DNA of 64,000 nucleotides, from the NCBI GenBank assembly GCA_963752285.1, contig CAVVXN010000005.1, forward strand, positions 1,824,001 to 1,888,000. Direction: 5' to 3'. The translations under genes were made by a program, and so were the position numbers. The notes beneath the pieces were generated by a model, which did no database searches, was not told the origin of the DNA, and saw nothing but the letters and a program-made list of their open reading frames with translations. Of this stretch, positions 9,623 through 20,351 are shown one piece after another. The DNA is from an uncultured Planctomycetota bacterium. Lineage in GTDB: Bacteria; Planctomycetota; PLA2; JAEUHO01. Numbering within the stretch: position 1 is the stretch's first letter; each line of letters starts with the position of its first letter.

Positions 9623-10427
9623 GGCGCGCGCCCCGCGTGCTCGGCCGCGCGCCCCTGACGTCCGACGGCCGCCGCGCGGATCGAGTGGACGAGCTCCGCG
9701 AGGAGGGCGTCGTCGGGATGCTCGGCCTCGAGCCGGGCGACGGCCGAGGACGCGCTCTCCTTCTCCGACACGAGGATCTCCCAGACCGCGCGACGCAGGA
9801 GCTCGACCTGGCGCGGCCCGATCCCGGCGCGCTGCATCCCCACGACGTTCGCACCCCGCACGCGGGCGGGATGGCCCTCGACGACCGTGAACGGGTGCAC
9901 GTCGTTCACGATCCGGGTGAGGCCGCCCACGTACGCGAGGCGCCCCACGGTCGTGAAGTGGTGGCACGCGCTGGCCCCGTTCAGCGTCGCGCGGTCGCCG
10001 ACGCGGACGTGCCCGGCCAGGAGCACGTGGTTGGCCAGGATCACGCGGTCGCCGACGTGACAGTCGTGCGCGACGTGAGAGCCGACCATGAACAAGCCGT
10101 CCGAGCCGACGCGGGTCGTCCCCCCCCGCTGGCGGTCCCGGCGTGCACCGTCACGTGCTCGCGGAACCGGTTCCGGTCTCCGATCACGAGTCGTGTCCTC
10201 GATCCGTCGTGCTTCAGGTCCTGCGGCTCGCCGCCGAGGACCGCGCCTGGATGTACGACGTTCTCCTCGCCGAGCGTCGTGTCGCCACGGATCACGGCGT
10301 GCGCGTGGACCTGGCACCCCGCGCCGAGGCGGACCGGGCCCTCCACGACCGCGTACGGACCGATCACGACGTCCGGGCCGAGGTCGGCCTCGGGCGATAC
10401 GACGGCGGTGGGGTGGATCCGTGTCAT
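9619..10427 (-). CDS. lpxA: UDP-GlcNAc acyltransferase LpxA, frameshifted in a G8 run (C8 at 10120-10127)
   Basis: [29 protein letters not shown] in one frame and [30 protein letters not shown] in another. G9 restores GTASGGGTTRVG. Confidence 0.92.
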
Positions 10428-10471
10428 GGGGTGAGGGGGGCCGGGGGGCAGGGGGGGCTCGGGCTCTCTCG

Positions 10472-11782
10472 TCAGGCGCCCTGGGCGTCCGTCAGGGCGA
10501 AGTTCAGCCGGCACTCCGAGGCCAGGGCGCGACCGACGTGTGCGCGACACTGTACGCGTCCGCGCGACCCGGCCAAACGGACGGTCTCGGCCTCGAGACG
10601 GAGCTGGTCGCCGGGCACCACGGCGCGGCGGAACTTCACGCGGTCGATCGAGAGGAGGACCGGGAGCTTCCCGGTCAGCTCCAGCTTCCGGAGGAGGAGC
10701 AGGCCCGCGAGCTGGGCCATCGCCTCGATCACGAGCACGCCCGGCATGATCGGCTGTTCGGGGTAGTGGCCCGTGAAGTACGGCTCGTTCAGCGTGACGT
10801 TCTTGATGCCGACCGCCCGCTGGAAACCCTCGACCGAGATCACCCGGTCCACGAGGAGGAACGGGTAGCGGTGCGGGAGGATGCGCCGGATCTGCGCGTG
10901 CGTCATGGCCGGCGAGCCGAGGCCGAGGGGGCCCTCCTCGGGAGGAGGCCCCGAGGCGAGGGCGCGCACCAGGGAGAGGTTCGCGGCGTGTCCCGTGCGG
11001 TACGCGTGGACGTGGCCGACCACGTCGGCGCCCACCAGGAAGAGGTCGCCGAGGAGGTCGAGGAGCTTGTGGCGCGCGAACTCGTCGGGCCAGCGCGGCT
11101 CGTTCTCGATCACTCCCTCGTCGCCGATCACGAGCGTGTTCGCGTACGTCGCGCCCTTGCCGAGGCCCGCCTCGCGGAGCGCCTCCGCCTCCGCCGCGAG
11201 GCAGAAGGTCCGCGCGCCCGCCACGTCGGCGCAGAAGCGCTCGGGGGTCACGGCGAGGGACACGGCCTGCCGGCCGACCCAGCTCGAGCCGTAGTCGAGC
11301 GTGTACGAGACGGACAGGCCCTCGCCCCCCGCGATCGCCACGAGCGCCTGGCCCGGGCCCGCGGTCGCGGTGACGGGCGCCGTCACGACCCGCGTGGGCC
11401 GGACCTTGTCGAGCGTCCGCGCCCCGAGCCCCTGGAGCAGCGCCGCGAACTCGGCGGCCGAGCCGTCCATCCCGGGGCACTCGGGACCGTCGAGCGTGAC
11501 GAGGAGGTTGTCGATCCCGAGCCCCGTGCAGCAGGCGAGGAAGTGCTCGACGGTGTGGACCTCGGCGCCGCCCGCCGCCACGAGCGCGGTGCGCCGCTGC
11601 CGGACGCCGAGGTGGTCGGCGTCCGCCCGGACGCGCGGAGACCCCGCGAGGTCCGTGCGCACGAACACGACGCCGTGGTCCGCCTCGGCCGGCGCGACCC
11701 GGAGCGTGGTCCGCTCCCCGGAGTGGAGTCCCACCCCGGAGACCTCGCCCTCGCCGCCGACGGTCCGCTGCGGTCGCGCCAC
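10472..11782 (-). CDS. lpxC-fabZ: Bifunctional LpxC / FabZ fusion
   Basis: [35 protein letters not shown] (LpxC), then [32 protein letters not shown] (FabZ); GGGAG RBS before GTG 11782. Confidence 0.95.
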   Translation of the reverse strand: MARPQRTVGGEGEVSGVGLHSGERTTLRVAPAEADHGVVFVRTDLAGSPRVRADADHLGVRQRRTALVAAGGAEVHTVEHFLACCTGLGIDNLLVTLDGPECPGMDGSAAEFAALLQGLGARTLDKVRPTRVVTAPVTATAGPGQALVAIAGGEGLSVSYTLDYGSSWVGRQAVSLAVTPERFCADVAGARTFCLAAEAEALREAGLGKGATYANTLVIGDEGVIENEPRWPDEFARHKLLDLLGDLFLVGADVVGHVHAYRTGHAANLSLVRALASGPPPEEGPLGLGSPAMTHAQIRRILPHRYPFLLVDRVISVEGFQRAVGIKNVTLNEPYFTGHYPEQPIMPGVLVIEAMAQLAGLLLLRKLELTGKLPVLLSIDRVKFRRAVVPGDQLRLEAETVRLAGSRGRVQCRAHVGRALASECRLNFALTDAQGA

Positions 11783-11801
11783 GCTGACTCCCGGTCGCCC
11801 C

Positions 11802-12063
11802 CTAGCCCTGATGACCCATGAAGCACGCGACGTGTTCGACGGAAGCGTCGATGCAAGCTCGAGTTGCGACCGCGGGGCGATCACGCCTTCGCCGAGAGGG
11901 TGTCCTGCGTGCGCCCGGGCCCCGAGGGCAAGGCGTGAGGAGGAGGCGCCCCCCCGTCCATGCCTGGGATTGGGGGTCGCCGACGACGAACGACGCCGCC
12001 ATCGGGGTTCTGGCGTATGCAGGGCCACGTGATTCACGAAGGTTCATGGGTCATGCGGGCTAG
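11802..12063. mobile_element. MITE-like element (254 bp between CTAG repeats)
   Basis: Left CTAG|CCCTGATGACCCATGAA (11802-11822) and right TTCATGGGTCATGCGGG|CTAG (12043-12063) are inverted, with 19/21 identity. Internal imperfect hairpin; no credible ORF. Confidence 0.75.
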
Positions 12064-12731
12064 CGGGGCGGCTTGGGACCGGTCGGCGCGGGCCCGCCCG
12101 ACGGAGGCGCGCTCCGGCCGGGGGGGCTCCCGCTCGGCGGCGGAGATCCCGCCGGAGCGGCGCCGCCGCCGGGGGCCCGCGTCGGGAACATGTCGCGGAT
12201 CTTCGCGGTGATGTCGAGGGTGTCGTCCGAGTACACGACGCCGCGGAGCCGGACCTTCGCGCCGAAGTCGTTCACGTCGGCCGCGTCGAGCTGGATCTCC
12301 GACTTCAGGAGGACGAGACGGATCCCGTGCTCTCGGGCGTACCGCTGCACGAGGCTGTGCACGGCGCTGTAGAGCGACTCGAGGCCCTCCATGTACCTGC
12401 GGACCGCCTCCTGCTGGCGCCAGTCGATCTCGAACTTCAGGAAGTTCTGTCGGGACAGGAACTCCTTCTCCTTGTTGCGCCGGTCGGGCGAGTTCCGCGG
12501 GAGGAGCTCGAGCGAGGACTTCAGCTGGAGGAGCGCCTTCGTCTCCTTGTCGGCGAACGCCTCGGCGTCGGCCTTGTCCTGGTCGAACTGGCTGTTGATC
12601 TCGTGCGCGCGCGGGTGGTGCTGGATCAGGTCCACCATGTCCACGACCGCGACGTCGTCCGTGCCGGCCGCCCGGGCCGGGGGGGCGAACCAGAGGAACG
12701 CGACGAGGGGAACGAGGAAGAGACGCTTCAT
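12060..12731 (-). CDS. skp: OmpH/Skp outer-membrane chaperone
   Basis: Signal peptide, VAVVDM, helical body, VVYSDDTLDITAKI; position directly after bamA. Confidence 0.88.
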   Translation of the reverse strand: MKRLFLVPLVAFLWFAPPARAAGTDDVAVVDMVDLIQHHPRAHEINSQFDQDKADAEAFADKETKALLQLKSSLELLPRNSPDRRNKEKEFLSRQNFLKFEIDWRQQEAVRRYMEGLESLYSAVHSLVQRYAREHGIRLVLLKSEIQLDAADVNDFGAKVRLRGVVYSDDTLDITAKIRDMFPTRAPGGGAAPAGSPPPSGSPPGRSAPPSGGPAPTGPKPPR

Positions 12732-12802
12732 GGGATCTCCCGGAGCGGATACGAACGATCACGGCCACCGCGGGTCGGTCTTCGACCGGACCCGCGACAA
12801 CG

Positions 12803-15718
12803 CTAGAAGTCCCGGCCGACGGAGAACGATATCAGACTCCTCTCGTCTCCGTGCTGGCTGACGAGCGGGAAGCCGAAGTCGAGGGCGAGCGGGGTCGGCC
12901 CGAGGACCGGGATCCGAAGCCGCATCCCGAAGCCGATCGAGGCGCGCCAGAGCCCGCTGTCGGACGAGTCGATGTTCGTGGCGAGCGTCCCCGTGTCGAG
13001 GAACCCGACCACGCCGAGGGTGTCCTTGACGATCGGGTACAGGTACTCCGCGGACGCGAGCATCATCCACTCGCCACCCGTCGGCCGCCCGCCGATGTGC
13101 GGGCCGACGCCGCGGTAGGCGAACCCCCTCAGCCGGCTGCCGCCGAGGTAGAAGCGCTCGTAGGGCGGGACCTCGGGCGTGTCGCCGAACGCGTGGGCCC
13201 AGCCGAGCTCGCCCCGGAGCGTGAGCGTCTGCCGCTTTCCCTCCTCGTCGGTCGCGAGCACGAACCAGTGCTCGTGGACGAAGCCGATCTTGTCGAAGTC
13301 CACCTCGCCGCCGAGCACGCCGCCGGCCAGCTCGCCCTGGAGCGTGGTGGTCGTGGTGTGCTTGGGAAGGACCAGGTCGTCGGTGGTCCTGAGCGAGAGC
13401 TCGCCGCTCAGCGCGCGGAGCTCGTCGTGGCCCTGGAACAGGAACGCGCCGGGAACGGCGCCCGGGTTCACGTCGCGGACGCCGACGTCCTGGTGCTGCC
13501 ACGTGAGGCGCGCGGAGAGGACGCGATGGTCTTCGAGGTCCTCGTACAGCGGGTAGCCGAGCGAGACCCCGTAGCCCAGGCGGTCGGACGTCCAGTTCTC
13601 CCAGTACGTGATGCGGTCGTACACCTGGACGCCCAGCGAGAGATGGCTTCCGAAGAGCCGCGGCTCCTCGAACGCGACCTGGAACTGGCTCTCGACCGTC
13701 CCCGGCGCGATGAAGATGTCCAGGCGCTGCCCGGCGCCCGTGAACGCGCGGCGGGTCAGGAGCTCCGAGAACGACCGGGGCCATCGCGTGATGTCGAAGT
13801 TGCGCTTCGAGAAGCTGACGGAGCCGACGACGCCTCCGTCCGTGGACACGCCCACGCCGAAGTTGAGCTTCCCGGTGGACCCCTCCACGACCTCGTACCG
13901 AACGTCCTTCCAGGCGGGCCGGACCTCGCCGGCCGGGTCACGGACCTCCTCGATCTGCATCGTGACGCGGTCGAAGTAGCCGAGCCCCTGCAACCTGGCG
14001 AGCGTCCGGTCGAGCTCGCGCCGGTCGATGTAGCCGCCCGGGAGCACGCGCGCCTCGCGGCGCAGGATCTTGTCGCGCGTGTACTCGTTGCCGACGAAGT
14101 CGAGGTGCCGGAGGCGGCTCTTCTCCTTCTCGCTCACGGTCAGGACGAGGTCCACGACGTTCTGGTGCTCGCGGCCCCGCCGCTCGGGCGGGTCCACCGA
14201 CGCGTCGATGTAGGAGCGCCGGAAGTACTCCTCGCGGATCTTCTGGATCCCCTTCTCCTCCACGAGCCCGTCGTACGGCTGACCGGGGACGAGGCCGAGC
14301 CAGCAGCGGATCCGGTCCTCCGTGAACCACTGCACGTCCTCGGGCGGCGGGCTTCCCGGCTCCCCCGGCGAAACCCGCTCGATCACCACCCCGACGTCCC
14401 CGACGAGGTACCGCTGGTGCTCGACGATCGAGATCGTGATCGCCACGCGCGCCTTGTCGTCGGAGACGCGGAGGTCCTCGAGCACGACCTCGGCGTCTAG
14501 GTAGCCCGCGGCCTCGTAGCGCCGCTTCAGGGCCACCAGGTCCTCGAGGAGCGTCTCCATGCGAAACGTGGCCGACGAGAAGAACGGAATCGGCCCCTGC
14601 GCGTGCGTCTGCATGACGTCGAGCAGCGTCTTTCGGGCCACGTGCGCATTGCCCCGGAACGCGATCTGCTGGACCTTGACCTCGGGTCCCTCGACGATCG
14701 TGAAGTCCACGCGCCGGCCGCCGCCCGGCAACTCGGTGATCACGGGCTCGGGCACCTGCGCGAAGTAGTAGCCGCGCATCTTGTAGGCCGCGACGATGTC
14801 CTCGGCGTCCGCGGCGAGCGCGTAGGGCAGGAGCGGGAACCCGACCTTCGTGCTCATCATGTCGCGGATCTCGGAGGCGTCGATGGCCTCCGCGCCGTAG
14901 ATGTTCAACTCGACGACGAGCGGGCTCTCCTTGACGAAGAAGTGGAGCACGACGCCGCCGGGCACCGTCTCCTCGGTGACCCGGACGCTCTCGAAGTACC
15001 GGTAGAGCGTCTGGATGTCCTCGTCGAGGCGCACCGGATCGAGCCGCCGCCCCTCCTCGGTCTTGAGGAGCACCTGGAGGCTCTGCCCCGCGAAGAGGGC
15101 CGTTCCCTCGAACACGATCCGGACGACGACGGGCTCGGCGCCGTTCACGCCGGCCGCGCCGGCCGGCGCGCTCGTTCCGGGCGCGCCGGGGCGCGTCGCC
15201 GCGGCGGACGGCGGGACGGCGCCGGCGGGCGCGACGGGAGGGGGCGACGCGGCCGCGGGGGTCGCCGGAGGTGGCGGCGGGAACGGCACGGGCGGCGCCG
15301 GCCCGGGCGCCGCGGCCGGCGCGGGCGGGGCGGGCGGGGCGGGCCCGCGCGGCGCCGGCGCCGCGACGGGCCGCGCGGCCGGGACGGTCGACGGCGCCGT
15401 TCCCACGGACGCCGGCGCGGGACGGGGCGGCGCCACGACGGGCGCCCCGGGGCCCGGGGGCGCGGGCTTCGCGCCCGCCCCCCCGCCCGCCTGTCCGGTG
15501 AGGGTTCGGACCACGGGCGGGGGCAGGGCCTTCGACCCCGCGTCTCCCTCGGCGCGGGCCGCCGGAGCGAGGAGGAGGACCAGGGCCGCGACCCCCGGTA
15601 CGACGACGGCGAACGAGCGAGACCACGGGTTGGACGGGGAGCGCCTACTCGGTCGCAAGATCCGGTCGTCCTCCCTGGCCGCCGCGCCATGCTCGCCGCG
15701 ACGCTGTCGCGGCGCCAC
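12803..15718 (-). CDS. bamA: Outer membrane assembly factor BamA with Pro/Ala-rich N-terminal linker (true start may be about 100 nt downstream)
   Basis: POTRA motifs (IAFRGN, FVGNEYTRDKILRRE, LGYF), barrel with ERFYLGG..LRGF, terminal Phe (VGRDF). Confidence 0.93.
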   Translation of the reverse strand: MAPRQRRGEHGAAAREDDRILRPSRRSPSNPWSRSFAVVVPGVAALVLLLAPAARAEGDAGSKALPPPVVRTLTGQAGGGAGAKPAPPGPGAPVVAPPRPAPASVGTAPSTVPAARPVAAPAPRGPAPPAPPAPAAAPGPAPPVPFPPPPPATPAAASPPPVAPAGAVPPSAAATRPGAPGTSAPAGAAGVNGAEPVVVRIVFEGTALFAGQSLQVLLKTEEGRRLDPVRLDEDIQTLYRYFESVRVTEETVPGGVVLHFFVKESPLVVELNIYGAEAIDASEIRDMMSTKVGFPLLPYALAADAEDIVAAYKMRGYYFAQVPEPVITELPGGGRRVDFTIVEGPEVKVQQIAFRGNAHVARKTLLDVMQTHAQGPIPFFSSATFRMETLLEDLVALKRRYEAAGYLDAEVVLEDLRVSDDKARVAITISIVEHQRYLVGDVGVVIERVSPGEPGSPPPEDVQWFTEDRIRCWLGLVPGQPYDGLVEEKGIQKIREEYFRRSYIDASVDPPERRGREHQNVVDLVLTVSEKEKSRLRHLDFVGNEYTRDKILRREARVLPGGYIDRRELDRTLARLQGLGYFDRVTMQIEEVRDPAGEVRPAWKDVRYEVVEGSTGKLNFGVGVSTDGGVVGSVSFSKRNFDITRWPRSFSELLTRRAFTGAGQRLDIFIAPGTVESQFQVAFEEPRLFGSHLSLGVQVYDRITYWENWTSDRLGYGVSLGYPLYEDLEDHRVLSARLTWQHQDVGVRDVNPGAVPGAFLFQGHDELRALSGELSLRTTDDLVLPKHTTTTTLQGELAGGVLGGEVDFDKIGFVHEHWFVLATDEEGKRQTLTLRGELGWAHAFGDTPEVPPYERFYLGGSRLRGFAYRGVGPHIGGRPTGGEWMMLASAEYLYPIVKDTLGVVGFLDTGTLATNIDSSDSGLWRASIGFGMRLRIPVLGPTPLALDFGFPLVSQHGDERSLISFSVGRDF

Positions 15719-15941
15719 TCATGGCGCCACCCTCCGCCGTCGGCGCCCGGGCCGACGATTCTAGGTACGGCCCCGGGACCGGCGACGTTGGCTCCGAGGC
15801 GGAGCCGGGCGGTGACCCGGACCGTCCCCCGCGCGATGTACCGTCCGGGGTCGGGCGCGGGCCGGGCCCCGCCGCGGGGTTGACGGGCGGCCCCGGTCGT
15901 GGCAAAAGGCGATGGACGTAACCCGTTGTCACACACACACT

Positions 15942-15995
15942 TGTGTAGATCGTTGAGGAAAGTCCGTTGAGAACGGGTGGAGAGCGGGTGGGAAA
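15942..15995. promoter_or_regulatory. Cluster of degenerate DnaA-box-like 9-mers upstream of dnaB
   Basis: TGTGTAGAT, CGTTGAGGA, CGTTGAGAA, GGTGGAGAG, GGTGGGAAA versus consensus TGTGGATAA; the last three are at 11-bp spacing in an AT-enriched patch. Confidence 0.45.
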
Positions 15996-16016
15996 CCCGC
16001 TTCCGCCGACCGGCCC

Positions 16017-17399
<1,383 letters not shown>

Positions 17400-17435
17400 C
17401 CACGCGACGGGCGGGCGGCGCGCCTCCGGACCCGA

Positions 17436-17969
17436 TCAGACGGCGGGCGGCGGCGGCTCTTCGGCGGGCGGCGCGGCGGCGGCGCGCTCGGCGGCCTCCG
17501 CGGCCATGAACGCGGCCTCACGGGCGTCCTGCACGACCCACACCTTCACGGTGACGACGTGCTCGCGCGTGAGCGCGATCGGCGCCTCGTACTCGCCGAG
17601 CTCGCGGACGGGCTCGAAGCGGATCTGGCGCGTGTCCACCTGGATGCCCTCGTGCCCGAGCTGGTCGGCGACCTGCCGCGGCCCCACGGAGCCGTAGAGG
17701 TGGCCATCCTCCCCCGCACGGGCCTCGATCGTCAGGGTCAAGGACTCGAGGCGCTCGGCCATGTCGGCGCGCGCGCGCGCCTCCTCGGCCTCGCGAACCT
17801 CCTCGCGCGCCTTGTCCTTGTGGATCCGGCGCGTGGCGTCGGCGCTCACCAGGGCGGCCCAGCCCTTGGGGATCAAGAAGTTCCGCGCGTAACCGTTCCG
17901 GACGCGGACGACCTCGCCCACGCGGCCCACGCCCTCGATGCTCCGACGAAGTAGCACCTCGATCGCCAT
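17436..17969 (-). CDS. rplI: 50S ribosomal protein L9
   Basis: VGRVGEVVRVRNGYARNFLIPKG, GHLYGSV. Confidence 0.96.
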   Translation of the reverse strand: MAIEVLLRRSIEGVGRVGEVVRVRNGYARNFLIPKGWAALVSADATRRIHKDKAREEVREAEEARARADMAERLESLTLTIEARAGEDGHLYGSVGPRQVADQLGHEGIQVDTRQIRFEPVRELGEYEAPIALTREHVVTVKVWVVQDAREAAFMAAEAAERAAAAPPAEEPPPPAV

Positions 17970-17980
17970 GGCGTCCCCGT

Positions 17981-18253
17981 TCAGCGGCCCACGTAGGGCA
18001 GGAGGGCCAGGAAGCGCGCGCGCTTCACGGCCTCGCCGACATCGCGCTGGAAGTGCGCCATCGTGCCCGTGCGCTTGCGCCCGTAGAGCTTGCCCTGGGC
18101 GCTCACCATCTTCTGGAGCGTGGCGACGTCCTTGTAGTCCACGTACTCGACGCGCGCGCGGGTGAACCGGCACTTGTTGCCGGTCTGCCCGGTCTTCTTG
18201 AGGAGCTTCTTGAGCGCCTTGCTCCCGGCGGAGCTCTGCCTGGCCTTCCCCAT
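17981..18253 (-). CDS. rpsR: 30S ribosomal protein S18
   Basis: VDYKDV, GKL..RTG..QR..AVKRARFLALLPY. Confidence 0.96.
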   Translation of the reverse strand: MGKARQSSAGSKALKKLLKKTGQTGNKCRFTRARVEYVDYKDVATLQKMVSAQGKLYGRKRTGTMAHFQRDVGEAVKRARFLALLPYVGR

Positions 18254-18259
18254 GATCGA

Positions 18260-18748
18260 TCAGTCTCCGCTGTCGCCGTCCGAGTCGTCGTCGCCCATGT
18301 CCGGTCCGTCACCGTCGTCCGAGTCCTGAGAGCGACGCGAGTCACGGCGGCCGCTGGATCGCTTCCGCTCGCCCCAGCCCGAGAGGGAGGCACGACGGCT
18401 CTCCTCGGCGAGGCGCTCGCGCTCGTCGGTCCGCTTCTGGACGTGCTCGGCGATGGGCTCGTCGAGCGCGATCGCCAGGTGGCGGATCACGGCCTCGTTC
18501 AGGTTGACGTCCCGGTCGATCTCCTCGAGCGCGGTCGTCGGGGCCTGGAAGTAGACCAGATAGTACGTGGCGCGCCGGTGGCCCTTGATCTCGTAGGCGA
18601 GACGGCGCTCGTCCCACTTCTCCTTCTGGACGATGTTGGCGCCGTGCTTCTCGAGGATCTGGTCCACGAGGGCTGCGGTGCCGTCGAAGTCCTCCGTGGC
18701 CCGGGTGTTGTCCAGGAGGAACATGGCCTCGTATTCGCGGGTTCTCAT
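18260..18748 (-). CDS. rpsF: 30S ribosomal protein S6 with basic then acidic C-terminal tail
   Basis: REYEAMFLLD, WDERRLAYEIKG..YYLVYF, VIRHL; start re-called to ATG 18748. Confidence 0.95.
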   Translation of the reverse strand: MRTREYEAMFLLDNTRATEDFDGTAALVDQILEKHGANIVQKEKWDERRLAYEIKGHRRATYYLVYFQAPTTALEEIDRDVNLNEAVIRHLAIALDEPIAEHVQKRTDERERLAEESRRASLSGWGERKRSSGRRDSRRSQDSDDGDGPDMGDDDSDGDSGD

Positions 18749-18872
18749 GGATCGGCGGGGTCTCGGGATCGTTTCGGGAAGCGGGCGAAGGTACCAGCCC
18801 CGGCGGGTCGAGCCCAAGGGATGACGGGAGCCTGTGTCCCGACCGAGTCCCCGCGCTCCCGGGGTCGGCCCG

Positions 18873-19445
18873 TCAGCCCGCGTTGAACCGGTTCATGGCG
18901 GCGTCGATGCCCGCCTCGGCCCAGAGGAGGGCGGCGTCGGCTCCGAGGTCCACGAGGTCCTCGAGCAGGCGGCGCTGGGCGGCGTCGTAGCGGCGGAGCA
19001 CGTAGTCGGCCGGGTCGAGGCCCTCCGGCACGGGCCCGATGCCGAGGCGGAGGCGCGGGTAGGCCGGGCCGCCGAGCGCGTCCTGGATCGACTTCAAGCC
19101 GTTGTGCCCGCCCGCGCTGCCCTCGGCCCGGAGCCGGACCCGCCCGAAGGGAAGCATGAAGTCGTCCACGAGGACGAGCGCCTGCTCGGGGCCGAGGTCG
19201 TACACCTCGAGCGCGCGGCGGTAGACCGGCCCCACGAGGTTCATGAAGGAGGCGGGCTTCACCAGCCGGAGCCGGCGCTCCCCCGACCGCGCGTCCGCCT
19301 CCTCCCCGTGGAGGAGCCTCGTCTGCCGGAACTCGGCGCCGAGACGGAGGGCGACGCGCTCGAGGACCCGCCACCCCGCGTTGTGGCGCGTCTCCGCGTA
19401 CCGGCGACCCGGATTCCCGAGCCCGAAGAGGAGGAGCGTCGTCAC
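18873..19445 (-). CDS. pth: Peptidyl-tRNA hydrolase
   Basis: GLGNPG..TRHNAG, KPASFMN, GSAGGHNGLKSI, RLRLGIG. Confidence 0.97.
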   Translation of the reverse strand: MTTLLLFGLGNPGRRYAETRHNAGWRVLERVALRLGAEFRQTRLLHGEEADARSGERRLRLVKPASFMNLVGPVYRRALEVYDLGPEQALVLVDDFMLPFGRVRLRAEGSAGGHNGLKSIQDALGGPAYPRLRLGIGPVPEGLDPADYVLRRYDAAQRRLLEDLVDLGADAALLWAEAGIDAAMNRFNAG

Positions 19446-19496
19446 GGAGCCTCGACCTCCCCCTCCCGGTCCCGCGCGCGCGCCGGCGCGAGGCGC

Positions 19497-20141
19497 TCAG
19501 TCCTCCTCTTCGGCGGCCTGCCGGCGGATGAGCTCGGGCTCGGCGGGCGCACCCTCGCCCTCCGCCCCCGCCGCGGCGCCTTCCTCCTCCTCGCCGCCGC
19601 GCATCGCGACGACGTGCGCGACCAGGTCGTCCAAGTCGTCGAGCGCCTCGACGCCCTCGGGGAGTGCGACGTCCCGAACGAGGATCTCGTCGCCCACGAG
19701 GAGCGGCGTCACGTCGAGCACGACCTCCTGGGGGATGTCCCGCGGGCGGGCGCGGACCGAGAGGTGGGTCAGGAGGGCCTGGAAGAGCCCGCCTTCCGTC
19801 GTCCCCTTCGCGTGGCCCTTGAACACGACCGGGACTTCGTCCTCGATCGGCGCGTCCTTGTCCACGCGCTGGAGGTCCACGTGGAGCACCTCGTCGGTGA
19901 TGGGGTGGTGCTGGACCTCGCGCAGGATGGCGTCGCGGGTCTGCTCCCCCATCTTGAGCTCGACCAGGTGGCTCCCCGTCTTGAGGAAACGGGTGAGCTC
20001 CACGCCGGGGATGGTCAGGGGGAGGTTCCGTCGCCCGAGCCCGTAGAGCACGCCCGGCACGCGGCCGTCCCGTCGGAGCCGGCGCATCGCGGCCGTGCCG
20101 CGGTCCCCGCGCTCCTGGACCTCGATCTGGATGAACTCCAT
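19497..20141 (-). CDS. rplY: 50S ribosomal protein L25 / general stress protein Ctc
   Basis: RRLRRDGRVPGVLYG, EVQHHP..HVDLQRV, AEPELI tail. Confidence 0.96.
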   Translation of the reverse strand: MEFIQIEVQERGDRGTAAMRRLRRDGRVPGVLYGLGRRNLPLTIPGVELTRFLKTGSHLVELKMGEQTRDAILREVQHHPITDEVLHVDLQRVDKDAPIEDEVPVVFKGHAKGTTEGGLFQALLTHLSVRARPRDIPQEVVLDVTPLLVGDEILVRDVALPEGVEALDDLDDLVAHVVAMRGGEEEEGAAAGAEGEGAPAEPELIRRQAAEEED

Positions 20142-20351
20142 GTGCGTGCTCCCTCGGGATCGACCGAAGCGCACGAATGTACGCCGGGCGACGGGCCGGG
20201 CCAGCCCGCGGCGGACCCCTGCGGGCCGAAACGACGCGAGGGGGGACCGCGCGCGGCGCGTCCGGGGTCGCCCGGGACGCCGCGACCGGCCCCGCGCCCC
20301 CGCGGGCCCCGCCGCCCGCCCCCGCGTCCCCGGCGGGCCCGCGGCGCGGGG

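Noticed and set aside
9619..10427. Calling lpxA (and dsbD) true pseudogenes
   Set aside because: Each has only a single-base deficit in a G homopolymer with otherwise intact motifs; sequencing error is more parsimonious.
20175..20350. GC hairpins between prs and rplY as a novel RNA
   Set aside because: Nearly pure G/C sequence with no distinguishing motif; consistent with an ordinary terminator or spacer.
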